In this document: positions 13,101-38,381 of the stretch, in pieces
How the letters are laid out: the number at the start of each line of letters is the position of its first letter
How positions within the stretch are numbered: position 1 is the first letter of the stretch
Assembly: GCF_964355755.1 (NCBI RefSeq)
Contig: NC_092671.1
Coordinates: 38,884,304 to 38,948,303, forward strand
Direction of reading: 5' to 3'
Source of the DNA: Antedon mediterranea
Lineage: Eukaryota > Animalia > Echinodermata
DNA length: 64,000 bases
Notes under the pieces: model-generated
The model's input: the letters and a program-made list of their open reading frames with translations, nothing else
Database searches by the model: none
What the model was told of the DNA's origin: nothing
Position numbers and translations under genes: made by a program

Positions 13101-16100
13101 ATCTGAGAAGATTATTTTAAGTTTTTATGTACGTTCTGTTTCTCTACAGGCCTTCTTTAGGATAATGCAGTTAATCAGTATATTAATTTGGAATATATAT
13201 AAATCTCTGTCTACATCATCAAACTAGTTTAAAAAAAAAAAAGTATGATTTGCTCAAATATGGTAGTGATATGCTCAAAGATGGTAGTGATATGACATCA
13301 TCATCTCCATTAATATCACTTTTTTTTGTCATAATAAAGTTTGATAGTGCAGACAGAGCTTTAAAAGTGTCCAATATACTTACTGGATCTAATCCCAAGG
13401 GATAAGGTTCGGCTGAAACGTTCGGATTCAACTGATACATGCCTTCTCCTTTAACGGTTTCATCAAACATGGCCGACACATTCCACTTGGAACCAAATAT
13501 ATTTATAGCTTTTGAAAATATATCATTATAGATGAATCCACAATACATAGCAAAAGCACCCATCAATAAGATGATGTAACGGCCACCAAGAAAAATACCA
13601 AAAACCTGTCAAAGAATAATTAAGAATATTAAAAACCAATGTGTGTTTAGTAGAATCTTACTAGTACAGTAGTACTGAATATCTTTAATTTTTCATTTCT
13701 AGCGAGATTTAGTTTAAATTTTTAATACGGTATATAAAATGTCCAAAACGATAGGACACGCTAAAAATTAAAAATCTATAAAAATACAATTATACAGTAT
13801 ATTACAATTGTTTTCTTAAGTCTTAAAAGTATGAAAATCTTTAATTAAACAGAGAGACACACCATAGGCCCAACACACCAATCTGGGTGAGACATTCAAC
13901 AGTCAAATATTCTCAGACTCAGCCATAGGCAGATCCAAGGTAACCACCCACAAACCAAGGGTTTTTTAGCATTTAATAGGATTTAAACCAAGGGGTATTG
14001 TGAGTAATTACAAATGTTACCTCATCATTTCCGAATGCTTCCTGTAGTTTTCGTTCATTCAACACAAGATACAAGCCAATCAGAAACATGATAAAGCCGT
14101 GACCCAGGTCACCAAACATGACACCAAAAAGGAACGGGAATGTGATGATGGCATATGGAGCTGAGGATAAAGATGAATTTAAATCATAATTATACAAAAG
14201 TATTACCGGCAATTAAAAATGCACAAATTAGAAATGTGATATTCATTTCATTTTACACACATGTTTAAAAGTTTCACAATTTAGAAAAAAACAGATCACA
14301 AAGTAAATGTACAAAAAAAATGGTCCCTGCAGGGACCGTGGTTCTCTTTTATGTGAGGTTTAATCAATACAGGGTTGCCTATTGGTTTTAACATGTTGTT
14401 CTCTTAAAGACACATTAAACCGGAGTGTACAGTACATCTCCCCACCTTCATTTGAATGTGCTCTGTGCATCTCAGTGTTAAACTCTGTCTACACTATCAA
14501 ACTAGTTTGACAAAAAAAGTGTGCGTGTGTCCATATATGGGCATATCACATTTCTTTTGATAGTGTAGACAAGACTTTAGGCTGTTAAAGCCATCTCCAG
14601 ATATATTTATCAGATAGATTTATCTTTGCTAGATAGAATATCAAATCAAACTCCTGCAATTACCTGGATTAACTTCTCTGTAACTTGCAACACCGTATGC
14701 ATCTACTATACTCTGGAATACAGCGGTGAACTTGTTAGTGTTGTTGTAGGTGGGTGGTTGCTCATTAGAGGTCATTTTATTTAGAATCGATGGAACACTG
14801 GAACCACTTTTCTCCTAAAAAAAACAATTTGAAAATCTACGTAAGGAAAAGTGGAGAACATGGTGCCAATCTAATTAAAATTCTATTTTGCGGTTCCCAC
14901 TAGCGACGAAACATAACCTATGAATGTAAGAAAATGTCCTTTCAATAATTGTGTTTGCCTCCGCTTGCGTGAAATCAAACCTGCGATGTTTGCAGCACTG
15001 TTGCGTCGTAGGTTCCCACCTTGCGTCAATACATTGGTACTATAACCACGCTTTAGAGCTACTACGTATAATGTTTTATATTCCAAAAATGGATAACAAA
15101 ACTGAAAATAACACAACACTTACAGTTCCACGTCTTAGAGCAGCTTGTATGTGTTCTAGATCTGCCACGGGACACCAGCACTCGCCAATCAGACACTTCT
15201 GAGTAACATCGAGATTGAACAAGTTAAGGGTGTGGTAGACCGCTTTAAGTTTGCGTACTTTAATGAACCACAGCCGGATGTTACTGGCTGCGGAGTGGAG
15301 TACTCGTTGGCGATGCTCCTCGGTTTGTCCCAATACCTACAAAAGAAAATGTTGATTTGATTGTAGTTTCAACTTTAAGAAATATATGATCATAAAATGT
15401 ACCAAGCACTACACTTCATAGAACTCTGACTGGAGCTACTATATTAAATAATTATACAGTAAACATTTAGGATCCAACAAAGTTTTTAGTGGAGCTGTAG
15501 CTTGGTGGTTAACTAGTTTGCCTTCCAATCCCGAGGTCCAGGGTTCAATCCTGACCTAGTACCAGGGTTGTAATACATGACTCTTTCAACTCCACTCTCT
15601 AAGCCTCAAATGAGACTTAGTTTATAATCATGATAAATTATTAAATAGTTCATCCATCCTGTAGTTGACGAGTTACTGGCTGTTGGATTTGTATGGAATA
15701 AAAAAAAGTGTCTTCTCAATAAGTGTATCCCCTGCATAGGGGTTGGCTGTTAAAACATATATTGCACATTCACAGGAAAGTGTCTCCTTAATAGGGGTGT
15801 CCCAAAAGAGAGGTCCTACTAAAAGACAATTTTGAATAGCTTACTGTGTTAAGATCTTCGATCCTTGTCATAACACCCATTGCCATCTCTCTGCGTTCAC
15901 TTTGCATCTCTGGACATGGGTACAGACTTGCTCGGAATCTAATGCAGAAAATTCAGTGATAGTGTAAATATAATGGTTTTAATGAGTCGCAAAATGTTAT
16001 ATGAGCAACAACCTGACCTCAGTTTAGTATTGTAAAAAACCCTATTAACGGTAACGGTATTAATATTTGTCCTCAAGCTAAACTGGAATCTGAAGAAATT

Positions 16101-19100
16101 CGGATTAGGCCCTCCACGGACCAACAGCAGCCAGCAGTGCAGCGCCTACCAGATCAACACACCGGGAGACGATCCCCTACTCTTTGCAAATAGTGTACCA
16201 AGTTCTTTAATGTGCACTATGTACACGGGACACGGTGGTCTGACAACCACGGTGGCCGTATATAAAAGTAGAAGGGGTTCTACTGAATAGGAGCGTATCC
16301 AAAAAGGCAATAATTACCCTTCACAGATTTTCTTGACTCTGCTCTTGAGCTGTTCACCTTGGAAGAAAATAATGAACACAGATTTGTGCACTTGATCTCC
16401 CTAAAAAAAAAGGAAGAAAAATATTTATTGAAATGTGAAATATTAATTTTTATCTGAAGTCACGACATTTCATGTTGTTTAAAACAACTGTGTTTACAGA
16501 ATTTAAAAACATGTGTCTACTTACCGTAGTTGGATCTTCTAATGGAGCGTCTATTACTGCCTGTCGGAGGAACACGTTACCGTGACATACTCTCCACAAC
16601 ATCTGCTCAAAGGCTGGTATGCGCTCACGGTTGATTACACCTGCCAGGAAGCTACAAATAAAAATATAATTTTGTATTTATTATCTGCATTATTGTGTAT
16701 TTGCATTGCTTAAAAGGTTTCAAATAATTCTTTAAGAACTCCATCTTTTGCAGCGCATGTAATAATAATAATATAATAATAAAATCTTTATTTTAAAATG
16801 GACATTGGTTGTCTTGATCAATTTGTTCGGTTTATTTGGCTTTTTCCTGGTTTATTTAACAATTTAAAACTTTTTTTACACTTGTGTTATACAGCTACAA
16901 CTATTTGCATTTTGTGCTATACAAATTTAAAACCATTAAGCCATTACTCCTAGTGTCAACCATGACACTTGCTCTGCGAAATTTGGAGACACATACTAAT
17001 CATGATTTCAAAGATACAGCCAGCAAACTAATGGCAGCACAAGCATGGAGTTTATCATTCAAAAAAGAATATCATTATTGAGTTAAAATAACGATAGTGA
17101 AACATTTAAGGCAAACTGCCTTAAAATGTGACATGTTTCGAGAAACTTATCATCATCATCAGAACAGAAAACAATGCCTAGAGTACGTATATACCAATAG
17201 GACAGGTTGTATGTAAATGAGGAAGTAATTAGGTCTGCCTATTCATTAAATGTCTCACTATCGTTATTTTAACTCGAAAGTTCGGTGGAATCATTCATGA
17301 TTTATCTAATATCATTATTGTATTACGTATCTGTTGTTAAGTTCTTACCCAAGCCTCATTGGAACACCCTGCCTAGGCCCGTCATCTCCCAGCAGCTTGT
17401 GGTTCTCTTCTTCCCGGTCTGCGTCATGCATCTGCTGGTGATGCAATTCAGCCTAGTAAGTTGAATCGTACATACGAACAACAAATGATCCACAACAACA
17501 GGAGTGCATACCACCACCATGCATGCACGAAACAAATAGGGCGCAAAAAAAGAGATAAAAACACAACACTATTTCATACTACTGTGACAAAAGCAGATGC
17601 AAAAGCTACTACAAATTACGATATTTACATGCAGTGACAACATTCTGGCATGGAACTTGTTTAGTGTTCATTTTAACCAAATTTGTATTTGTTTAGAGCT
17701 CTGTCTACACTATCAAACTAGTTTGACAAAAAAAGTGTGATGTGCCCAAGTATCATAGTGATGACATCATGTCCATATATGGGCACACCCCATTTTGTTG
17801 TCACATAAAGTTTGATAGTGTAGACAGAGCTTAATAATTATGATTATGTTTTTATACAGAACAGTAGCGTAAGTTTTAATGTTCTGCATGTTACAACGGA
17901 CTCAACATTAATTTTAAAACATTGTGTTCTCTTGCCAATATGCCGTCACTGTTTAGCATGATCATGTGACAATATGTAAGGAATTGTGGGATTATATTAC
18001 AATAAAAGTACAGACATTTAGATGAGCTACATTGGTTTAATGATCATAATAATGGGTTACTGTACACTAATAAGGAAATACTACAGTGTAATTACAGCAC
18101 ACTGGAGTGAAGACATAAATTATGAAGAATTAACATTTGACAACATTATGGAGAAATGAAATGATATAAATTCATGGATGGATTCAAGATGGATATTCTG
18201 TATTGAATAATTGATTGATTGATTAATTGATTTGAATGATTGATTTTATTGATTGATTGATGATTGAATGATTTGTTGATTTATTAATTTATTGATTGAT
18301 TGATTTCATTTGAGTGAAGAAAATGCATGGTAGCATTTTTCAGTGGCATAAACATCTTTCTTTATATTCTTTATCAAACTGTTGTCATTAAAATATGTTT
18401 AAAAGAAATGTAAAATAAGTATAAAAAAAACAATAAACAATTAAAATTTTAAACAATAGAAAGTTGGTTGAAACTGCAAAAGTTACATAACAATGTATGA
18501 TTTAGTTAAAAATGTATTTAAAAAATATATCTACATGTAAATATGGTATAATAATAATATAATGTAGATCTATGAAAATAAATTATAATATTAAGTATGA
18601 TAAAGAAGAGGCTACAGTATTAGTCAAATATGAGCAACATAGTGCTACAATATACAGGGAATAGATTATATAACAAGCAAAGTAGAATGTAGTAAGCAAT
18701 GTGTTTCCTATCTGCTAAAAAGTAGATTTTTTTTAATCAAAATTAAATTGGTTTATTTAGTTCTATAAATCTGAGAAAGTGATAAGTTCTTTCTTCGGTT
18801 TTAATCTTTTTTTCAATTATTTCATGTTAATAAATAACTTCATCATTACAGTGAATTTAATATGAAAATATAAATTATAAACTAAAAAGCATGACTTTTA
18901 AAAAATAAAGTAAAACATAGATTTCATGCAAATGATCTGCTTTTTTTTTTTTAGAGATTTTTATAAATTTTAAATATACAAAGTGACAATCATTTTAAAA
19001 TGCGATCACTTTGAAAAATGCTCACTTACATGAACGGACAGAAGGGCTGAGAAGGACGACTAAAGAAGGAAAACGAGGAAGTCTTCAAATGTTATCACTT

Positions 19101-22100
19101 TTTGAAATAATGTGTGTACAATCACAAATATTATAAATTTTAGACAAAAAATAGATTTGTATACAAACACATTAATACTCAAAATTAACATTAAAATTAG
19201 TAGAGTAAGCAAATTATTATATTATATTTTCATAACAATAATTAAAGTGTGATAAATAAATAAATACATAAATATAACTGGTTGATAAAAATAACATAAA
19301 CAGCAACATGCGTAATAACAGGCAAAATATTTGTACTGCCTAAGACTAATTAAAATACACTATTGTATTTTTTGATAATTATACAACTAATTTCTAAATA
19401 TTGCATAGTCATAATTATAATTATTATAACAACAATAAATTTCTAAATATTGTTAGCATGGTGGTGGAAGTTATTGCTTTTCAATTAAATTAAATTAAAT
19501 TTCAATTTCTTTTTATTTCGGAAGTATCCTCCATATTAATAAACTTATAAACAGAAAAAGAAAAATTAAAAACTTAAGTATAAAGAATGCTTCTCCATCT
19601 ACAATACATTTTGGAGTTATGGAGCATGTTTGCAAACACAAGCAACAAGGATGTTACCACTATTCAACATACATTGCATGAAACCATAGGTAGATTTTGT
19701 AATTCAAAAATAAATTTATTTCCAAATGATAGGTTACTGTGTAATCATTTTAGCTACTTAAATTATTTATTACAAATAATTTGCACTGTATACTTCTCAG
19801 TTTTCTTATTTGTCATCTATAAATGTACATTACTGTAAGTGTCAAATTAATTCATATATATGCTGCATACAAAACAAATGGCCTTCAAGCAGTTGTAATT
19901 TATGTGAGATGTCAGATATCATTTATAACAAACATGATGAATTATGTTTAGAGTATGTAGTCTTGTTCATTGCGGTGTTTAGTAGGTTTAAAACATTAAG
20001 TACTACCAGTCATTGTCACTAAAATAGTGGTACTTGATTTAGTCTTCTTAATCTTAGAAGCATTTAGCATTCAATATTTGTTTCATATTGTTTGTTGGGA
20101 ATGTTATTAAAGATGTGTTTTCCCGCGAAAAAATTATTTGTAACAATTTTTTTTTTTTGAATATGTAATTTTAATGTTACATAATAGTTATTCACTTTTA
20201 TAAAAAATTGTATGAAAAAAAAAATATTTACCTTAAAAAACTAAATTTAAAGCAAAAAATAGTCAGATCGGCTGCCAGCCATTGGTTTTTGGTTAAATGT
20301 AACCATTTATTTTGTCTTTTTATAAGTTTATAAGTGAAAACATAATTTTGTGCATTTTTCCCCAGAAAGTGATTAATCTGAATCAAAGCTGCAAAATGGA
20401 CTACTCAAAGTTTATTAATCTTCATTTTTTCATGATTTTGGAGGACAATACATCTTTAACAAAACATATGACTGCATGAGTATGAGATGGAATAACTACA
20501 GGTAGTGCCTTTTGAAAGAAATCTACTAAGTACACAGCAACAAAATCATGTACAGTATGGAACAACAGTGTACAACAAGCATTGCAGCAAAGGACACAAG
20601 TTAGGGGAAATGTGGGTGGCAGAAGGAAAATGGTGTTTTCAAACGTGAAATTTGGGTCGAAGGTCGATTAAAAACTCTAAATAAATATCGATAGATTGAT
20701 AAAATAATAACTAAACAACAATGTTAGCGGAAGGTTTGGAGAAAAAAAGCTTACTATTTAAAAAACTTAAAATGCAAACTTCGGGACGGAAGTAAAATAA
20801 AACTAACTACAGTATTACTAAAATCAAACGCAAGGATTGGAAAAGGAACGAAGGGATTTATTAACTAATAAGGATATGTGAAAAAACAAAAAGGTTTTAA
20901 AATCTATTATAATCCAAAATTTATGTAAGATGTTTATTACCAAGGATATAATTTAAATAAAACTCCAAAAAATGTGGCGTAAATCTTGCCCTCAATTTTT
21001 AAATATCACATGTCCAATGGATTACAATAATTAAAGAAAACCCCATCAAAATTCAACAAACAAAAATATTATTCTTTTTTAAAAAAAACCTTTAGAAACT
21101 TCTAAAAAACCAATAACAATTTAAAATGGTTAAAAAAGATACCAAATAAAATAAATCTAAAGAAAAGGAACGAAATAAACTAAAAACGTAATCATTTAAA
21201 AATACTACCATGAAGCTATGAGCAGTTACAATATCAAACATTAATTGATCTAAGTTGCTCTAAAAACAAATCCAAAATTTATGAGCTATGTATTAGATAA
21301 TGTTGTTAACATCTATTTGGGGGATACAAACAGGACCCAAAAAGTGTCCCTAATAGGAGTGTCCCCTGAATAGGTGTAGTGATGTTGGCTGATTAAGGGT
21401 CGACATTAGAATACATTTAGCACATTGTTTGTTTCACAAGAAACTGTCCCTTTAATAGATGTGTTGCCGGAATAAAGGGTGTGTCTCAAAATTGAGGGGT
21501 TTCTAATGTAAGTATAAAATAACACCTACATGGACTAATTAGAGATGTTTTATCTTTGCATTCATTCCTGTAAATAATTTTAATTACTAACAAAAAATGA
21601 AATTTAAAAAAAATATTTTGATGAAGTTTTCTTTTATAAAATAAATAGCACAATTAGATATAAATAATGTTCACGCACCTCATCAAAGAAATGCTGAGTC
21701 TTGCGCAATATATGCTTCAATTCAGTAAGCTCAAGGAAGTTACGCTTGAGTGCTTCTTGATTCGTGTTCACTTCTTTCATTTCATTCTCAAGTTTCTCAA
21801 AGCATGCCTACAAAATAACATTAATGATGTAATGAATTTTCTAAAAGCTCTGTCTACAATATCAAACTAGTTTGACAAAAAAGTGTAATGTGCCCAAATA
21901 TGGTAGTGATATGCCCAAATGTGGTAGTGATATGACATCATCATGTCCATATATGGGCACATCACATTTTTGTCACATAAAGGCTTTACATTCAACCTTA
22001 TTTTTAATTCAACAGTACTATACTGTTTATGGAGTGCAAATACTATTATGTAAGAATTACTAATTAGTATTTGTCGCATCTCAAGTTCAGATTGGAAATT

Positions 22101-24033
22101 TTAATTGTATTATAAAGTCCACGACTTATTTAATTATCTATCTGTAAGCTGTGTGAGCTACATCTTTTGTAAGTCAAATTACATGCTATAAAAAACTACC
22201 ATGAAATATCATAATTATCATTATCAATGTTGTTACATAATTGTTTAAACGACATTTTTATGGCTTACCTCTAAATCGATCATTTCTCTTGGGATTGGCG
22301 AGTCTGGAACAGAGGGGGGAATGACTATTGGTATACCAGCACGCTGGATTTCCTTTTCAAGGAAACCTGAAAAGATGATATTATATTTAAATTTATAAAT
22401 AATATGTAATGTTAACATCTTTTACATTACAAAAACGTTAAAAAAGAACTTATTATTTATTTCAATTCAATTCATTCTTCATTTTTTACATGAACAATAA
22501 AACATACATAAAATACACATTCCCGGGGAATCCAACAGAGAACTTCTAACTTTGACTTCATTTATTTAAACCATGGATATTAATATTATGAACTTCCCTA
22601 TATCTCTATGTTTGAATTATCATACAAGGCTTATTACTAATATGTATTGTAACAAAATTGTATTAGTCTTGGGAGATATATACTATACACTATTAATTGT
22701 AATTTGCTTTCGGTTGTAACCACATTGATTTATTTCTGATTCATTTCAATTAAATAATCCTCATTATTGCCACCCCTATGAAAGAATGGAATAAGCCCAC
22801 ATTAATATTATGCAAAGCATAGTATTGATTTTGACTTTAAATGCGTGGGATATTAGACAGCAAGGATATATTTCAAGATTATAATTAATACACATTGATA
22901 AAACCAGCATACCTTTACTTGGTAAATCAATTGCATTGAAATTCAAACCTTAAAAGTGTGATTTAAATAAATTATTTATATTTTTATTATATATACTTTA
23001 GTTATATCTGCATACTGTATACAATATGAACTTTGGTCTGATAAACCAATGTTATTCATACAGACACCAGCAAAAATTACAACTGAGTTTGCTGGTATGA
23101 CCTGGTTACAGATAAGATGAATACTTGAATGATACTGATATAAAAGGAAGGCTAGCAAATGCAGATAAGACTAGATTAAATTTGTCAACATTATATACTA
23201 TAGTAGTACTGTATTCTCTAAAGCAGTGCAATAGGTTACAGTACTTTTTACTACATATTTATGAGGAGGCGTGTGGGGTGTTGACAAGGGCTAAAGCTCT
23301 TTCTACACTATCAAACTAGTTTAACAAAAAAGTGTGAAATGCTTAAATATGGTTGTGATCATCATGTCCATATATGGGCACATCACATTTTTTTTCACAT
23401 AAAGTTTGATAGTGTAGACAGAGCTTTAAAGACCCCTACCTTTTTTAGATCTAATTTAAGGTCACAAACTACAATATTATATGGTCGCATTGCGCACGGA
23501 TTGATATTTTTGTTTTTCTTCTGTTATTCACCCACTTTTCGATCGAAGACACAATCTTTGGAAAGAATTTGTAGAATAAAAATAACAATTTTAGTTTGAC
23601 ATACGTAGTTTTCTTTCCATCTCGTCGCATCGTCTAACCTCATTCACAAATTTCCTTTGGAACGCATTTACATCTGGATTAAGCTAGAAGAATAATCAAA
23701 TCAAAAATACTTAAAATATTAATGTTTAATAAATTATATAGTTTTACGCTCAGATTCAAATTGTAAAGTTAGTAATATAAATTCAAACATTTTTCCAAGA
23801 CTTAAATATTTGGGATACATAGAATAATAGAAACAGCACAGAGATAAATTACAAATAAATTATACTTATAGGAAATACAATTTTAAATTAAAATGTGTCT
23901 TTTTGTATTTACTTACATCTCTAAACTGCACCAATCCAAGCTCTCCAAGCTCTGCGACACATGCATAAGCTGCCTCTGATTGGAGGAACAGCTGTGCAAG
24001 GGTCATCTCCTCACTTCTGAACAACGACCCCAT
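7150..24033 (-). CDS. ATP6V0A1: V-type proton ATPase 116 kDa subunit a (a1-like), paralog A; exons 24033-23917, 23683-23605, 22366-22269, 21807-21679, (19059-19030 candidate microexon), 17452-17349, 16651-16525, 16400-16318, 15938-15845, 15336-15124, 14814-14664, 14160-14021, 13605-13384, 12760-12642, 11982-11778, [10673-10566 or 9476-9372], 8511-8265, 7955-7784, 7243-7150
   Basis: [23 protein letters not shown]; [24 protein letters not shown]; [27 protein letters not shown] (essential Arg); [27 protein letters not shown]; AELHHQQM as in vertebrate a1; canonical splice sites in phase. Confidence 0.96.
7293..7511. mobile_element. hAT-like MITE
   Basis: Ends CAGTGGCATAAC and TTACAACACTG; 8-bp target duplication GTCTAGAG/GTCTAGAA; internal GGGCCC motifs. 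Confidence 0.7.
9372..9476 (-). CDS. ATP6V0A1: V-ATPase a paralog A, alternative exon 15b ([35 protein letters not shown])
   Basis: 105 nt, TTAG acceptor, GTGAGG donor, phase 0-0, homologous to exon 10566-10673. Confidence 0.85.
10566..10673 (-). CDS. ATP6V0A1: V-ATPase a paralog A, alternative exon 15a ([36 protein letters not shown])
   Basis: 108 nt, ACAG acceptor, GTACAT donor, phase 0-0. Confidence 0.85.
10792..11052. repeat. 20-bp minisatellite (AATGACCGCATTAGGTACCA), about 13 copies
   Basis: Near-perfect tandem units with no spacers. Confidence 0.95.
11560..11742. mobile_element. PIF/Harbinger-type MITE, representative of about 25 copies or fragments (approx. starts 8720, 9563, 11560, 13205, 14480, 17697, 21846, 23294, 25935, 26275, 26755, 27768, 27942, 29688, 31211, 31681, 39531, 40068, 41670, 42288, 42382, 43910, 44970, 58517, 60920, 61339, 62114)
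   Basis: TIR AGCTCTGTCTACACTATCAAAC / GTTTGATAGTGTAGACAGAGCT; TTA or TAA 3-bp duplication at several copies; internal TATCACTACCATATTTG subrepeat in variable number. Confidence 0.9.
12923..13110. mobile_element. Dispersed SINE-like repeat; inverted copy at about 38865-39001, fragments near 16160, 39960 and 41045
   Basis: Shared GATGTACTAGGTTCTTTAAAGTGCACA..AGCCAGATGTGTACA..TTTATAGTCCTTATC core. Confidence 0.65.
15491..15708 (+). mobile_element. tRNA-derived SINE
   Basis: A-box-like TAGCTTGGTGG, B-box-like GGTTCAATCC, A-rich tail; second copy on the minus strand at 44301-44519; related head near 58747. Confidence 0.8.
17068..17320 (-). mobile_element. Penelope-like inverted-repeat remnant with a minimal hammerhead ribozyme core
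   Basis: Inverted repeat GAGTTAAAATAACGATAGTGA (17080-17100 / 17255-17275); 13-bp flanking direct repeat AATATCATTATTG; minus strand reads CTGATGA..N16..GAAACATGTC. Confidence 0.6.
19030..19059 (-). CDS. ATP6V0A1: Candidate 30-nt microexon ([10 protein letters not shown]) of V-ATPase a paralog A
   Basis: TTCCTCGTTTTCCTTCTTTAG acceptor, GTAAGT donor, phase 0-0, no stop, within a 4.2-kb intron. Confidence 0.6.
20111..20455. mobile_element. Kolobok-like MITE; related inverted copy at about 36245-36588
   Basis: TTAA|AGATGT...ACATCT|TTAA ends; shared internal GGCTGCCAGCCATTGG block. Confidence 0.6.
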
Positions 24034-24949
24034 CCTGACTGATTTATAATAGACTTGTTTTCTGTTGGAAAAAACAATAAGTTAAAAGACTCTGATCATT
24101 TTTGTTTCTGGGTAGGGAACACCCAATTTCATGGCACGCCACTAATGTCAAAATTACCATCGTTTATTCTTTGCTGTTCCATGTACAGTATGGCATGTTC
24201 CAATCAGTCTTCTTTATCAATTGTGTCTTGGTTGCGTACTCTACTACATACTATTACTACTACATTGGCCTAGTTTAAGATTTATTTAATGCATTTCTAA
24301 TGAGAATTATAAAATTCTGTCCAGCAGAGAACAGACGATGGCAGATAAAATCGGTCGTACTTTAACTCAGTCGCGATCAAAGTAATTTTCAGTATTCTGT
24401 AAGGAGCGCCACATTGTCTTCATTGCGTTTACAGTACAATTTAGAAACAACGGTTGGGATGCTGTTATCATAATTTTTCCCATCTAGATGGATGTTTTTT
24501 TTAATTTTCTATTCTTAACTCAAACTACAGCACGCCATACAAAATACAGTAACTTTAAGTTGAATGTATCGCAACCAAACAAAATAAAACGCAAATTCCT
24601 GATTTCATCCTAAACTGAAAAGCTTGGTATACACCTCACTACCTAGGCTATGCCTAGCTTATAGGGATAGTCCCTATTATTAAGAATTGACCACTCTCAC
24701 ACACAGTGAAAGTACTTCACACACACAGACACGGACAGTATAAAAATAAGACAGCCAAACATAAAAGTACATCCATAATAGATAGGGCCAGGCCTGGGGC
24801 TGGGCCTAGACATATTCTCATCATTGAAACGACCAAACGACCTATCAAAATAGACTCAAACATTTCTGACAATTACTTCATATATTTATAAAATTCATCA
24901 TTGTTACCTAAGACAATAAACCTCTTTATATTCACAAAAAACGATAAAA

Positions 24950-25155
24950 TTACCTCAACTGTTTTCCTCCTGCTGATTCTGCCACATCAGGAAGGTCCGT
25001 CAATTACCAATTACGACGTGAGATATAGAGGGCGCTACGCCAATATTATTTATCATGTGATTGGTGATCAATTACCTATACTGTATGATCACATGATTGA
25101 ACAGTAAGACTTTGCTTCCGGGGTTGCATATTTCATGCAAAGGCGAAAAGGTAGA
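24950..25155. promoter_or_regulatory. Bidirectional promoter of the two V-ATPase a genes, with two inverted M-box/CLEAR-like sites
   Basis: Outward-facing non-coding exon donors (minus near 24953, plus AAAG|GTAGAT at 25151); ATCATGTGAT 25052-25061 and ATCACATGAT 25088-25097; ETS-like CTTCCGG near 25115. Confidence 0.65.
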
Positions 25156-25538
25156 TGTAAAACTTTTTAATTTGATTTGTTTGTTAATTAAGTTCATTCT
25201 CATTCCGTTTTGTGTGTAACCACCAAAGTTATCTTATTCTTCTATCAATTATTTAAATACATGTATAACATGCATGATTGTCATTTTTATTTGAGGTATA
25301 TTCAATGAAATGTACCTCTATCTAGGCTAGTTTATCAAAACTGTAATTGGAACTTCTGTAGGCCTACTCTGGGTGGTATTATAGAGGGCGGGATTAAACC
25401 TAATCTCCAATTTTCCTAATAATTGATATTAAATATATTCCTTGTAATAAATAAGGACGAGACTTAACATTTCAATCTAGCCGTCATTTGATTTTTCAGT
25501 TACAAAAGAAGAGGACATAAAACATTGAAATAAAGAAG

Positions 25539-38381
<12,843 letters not shown>

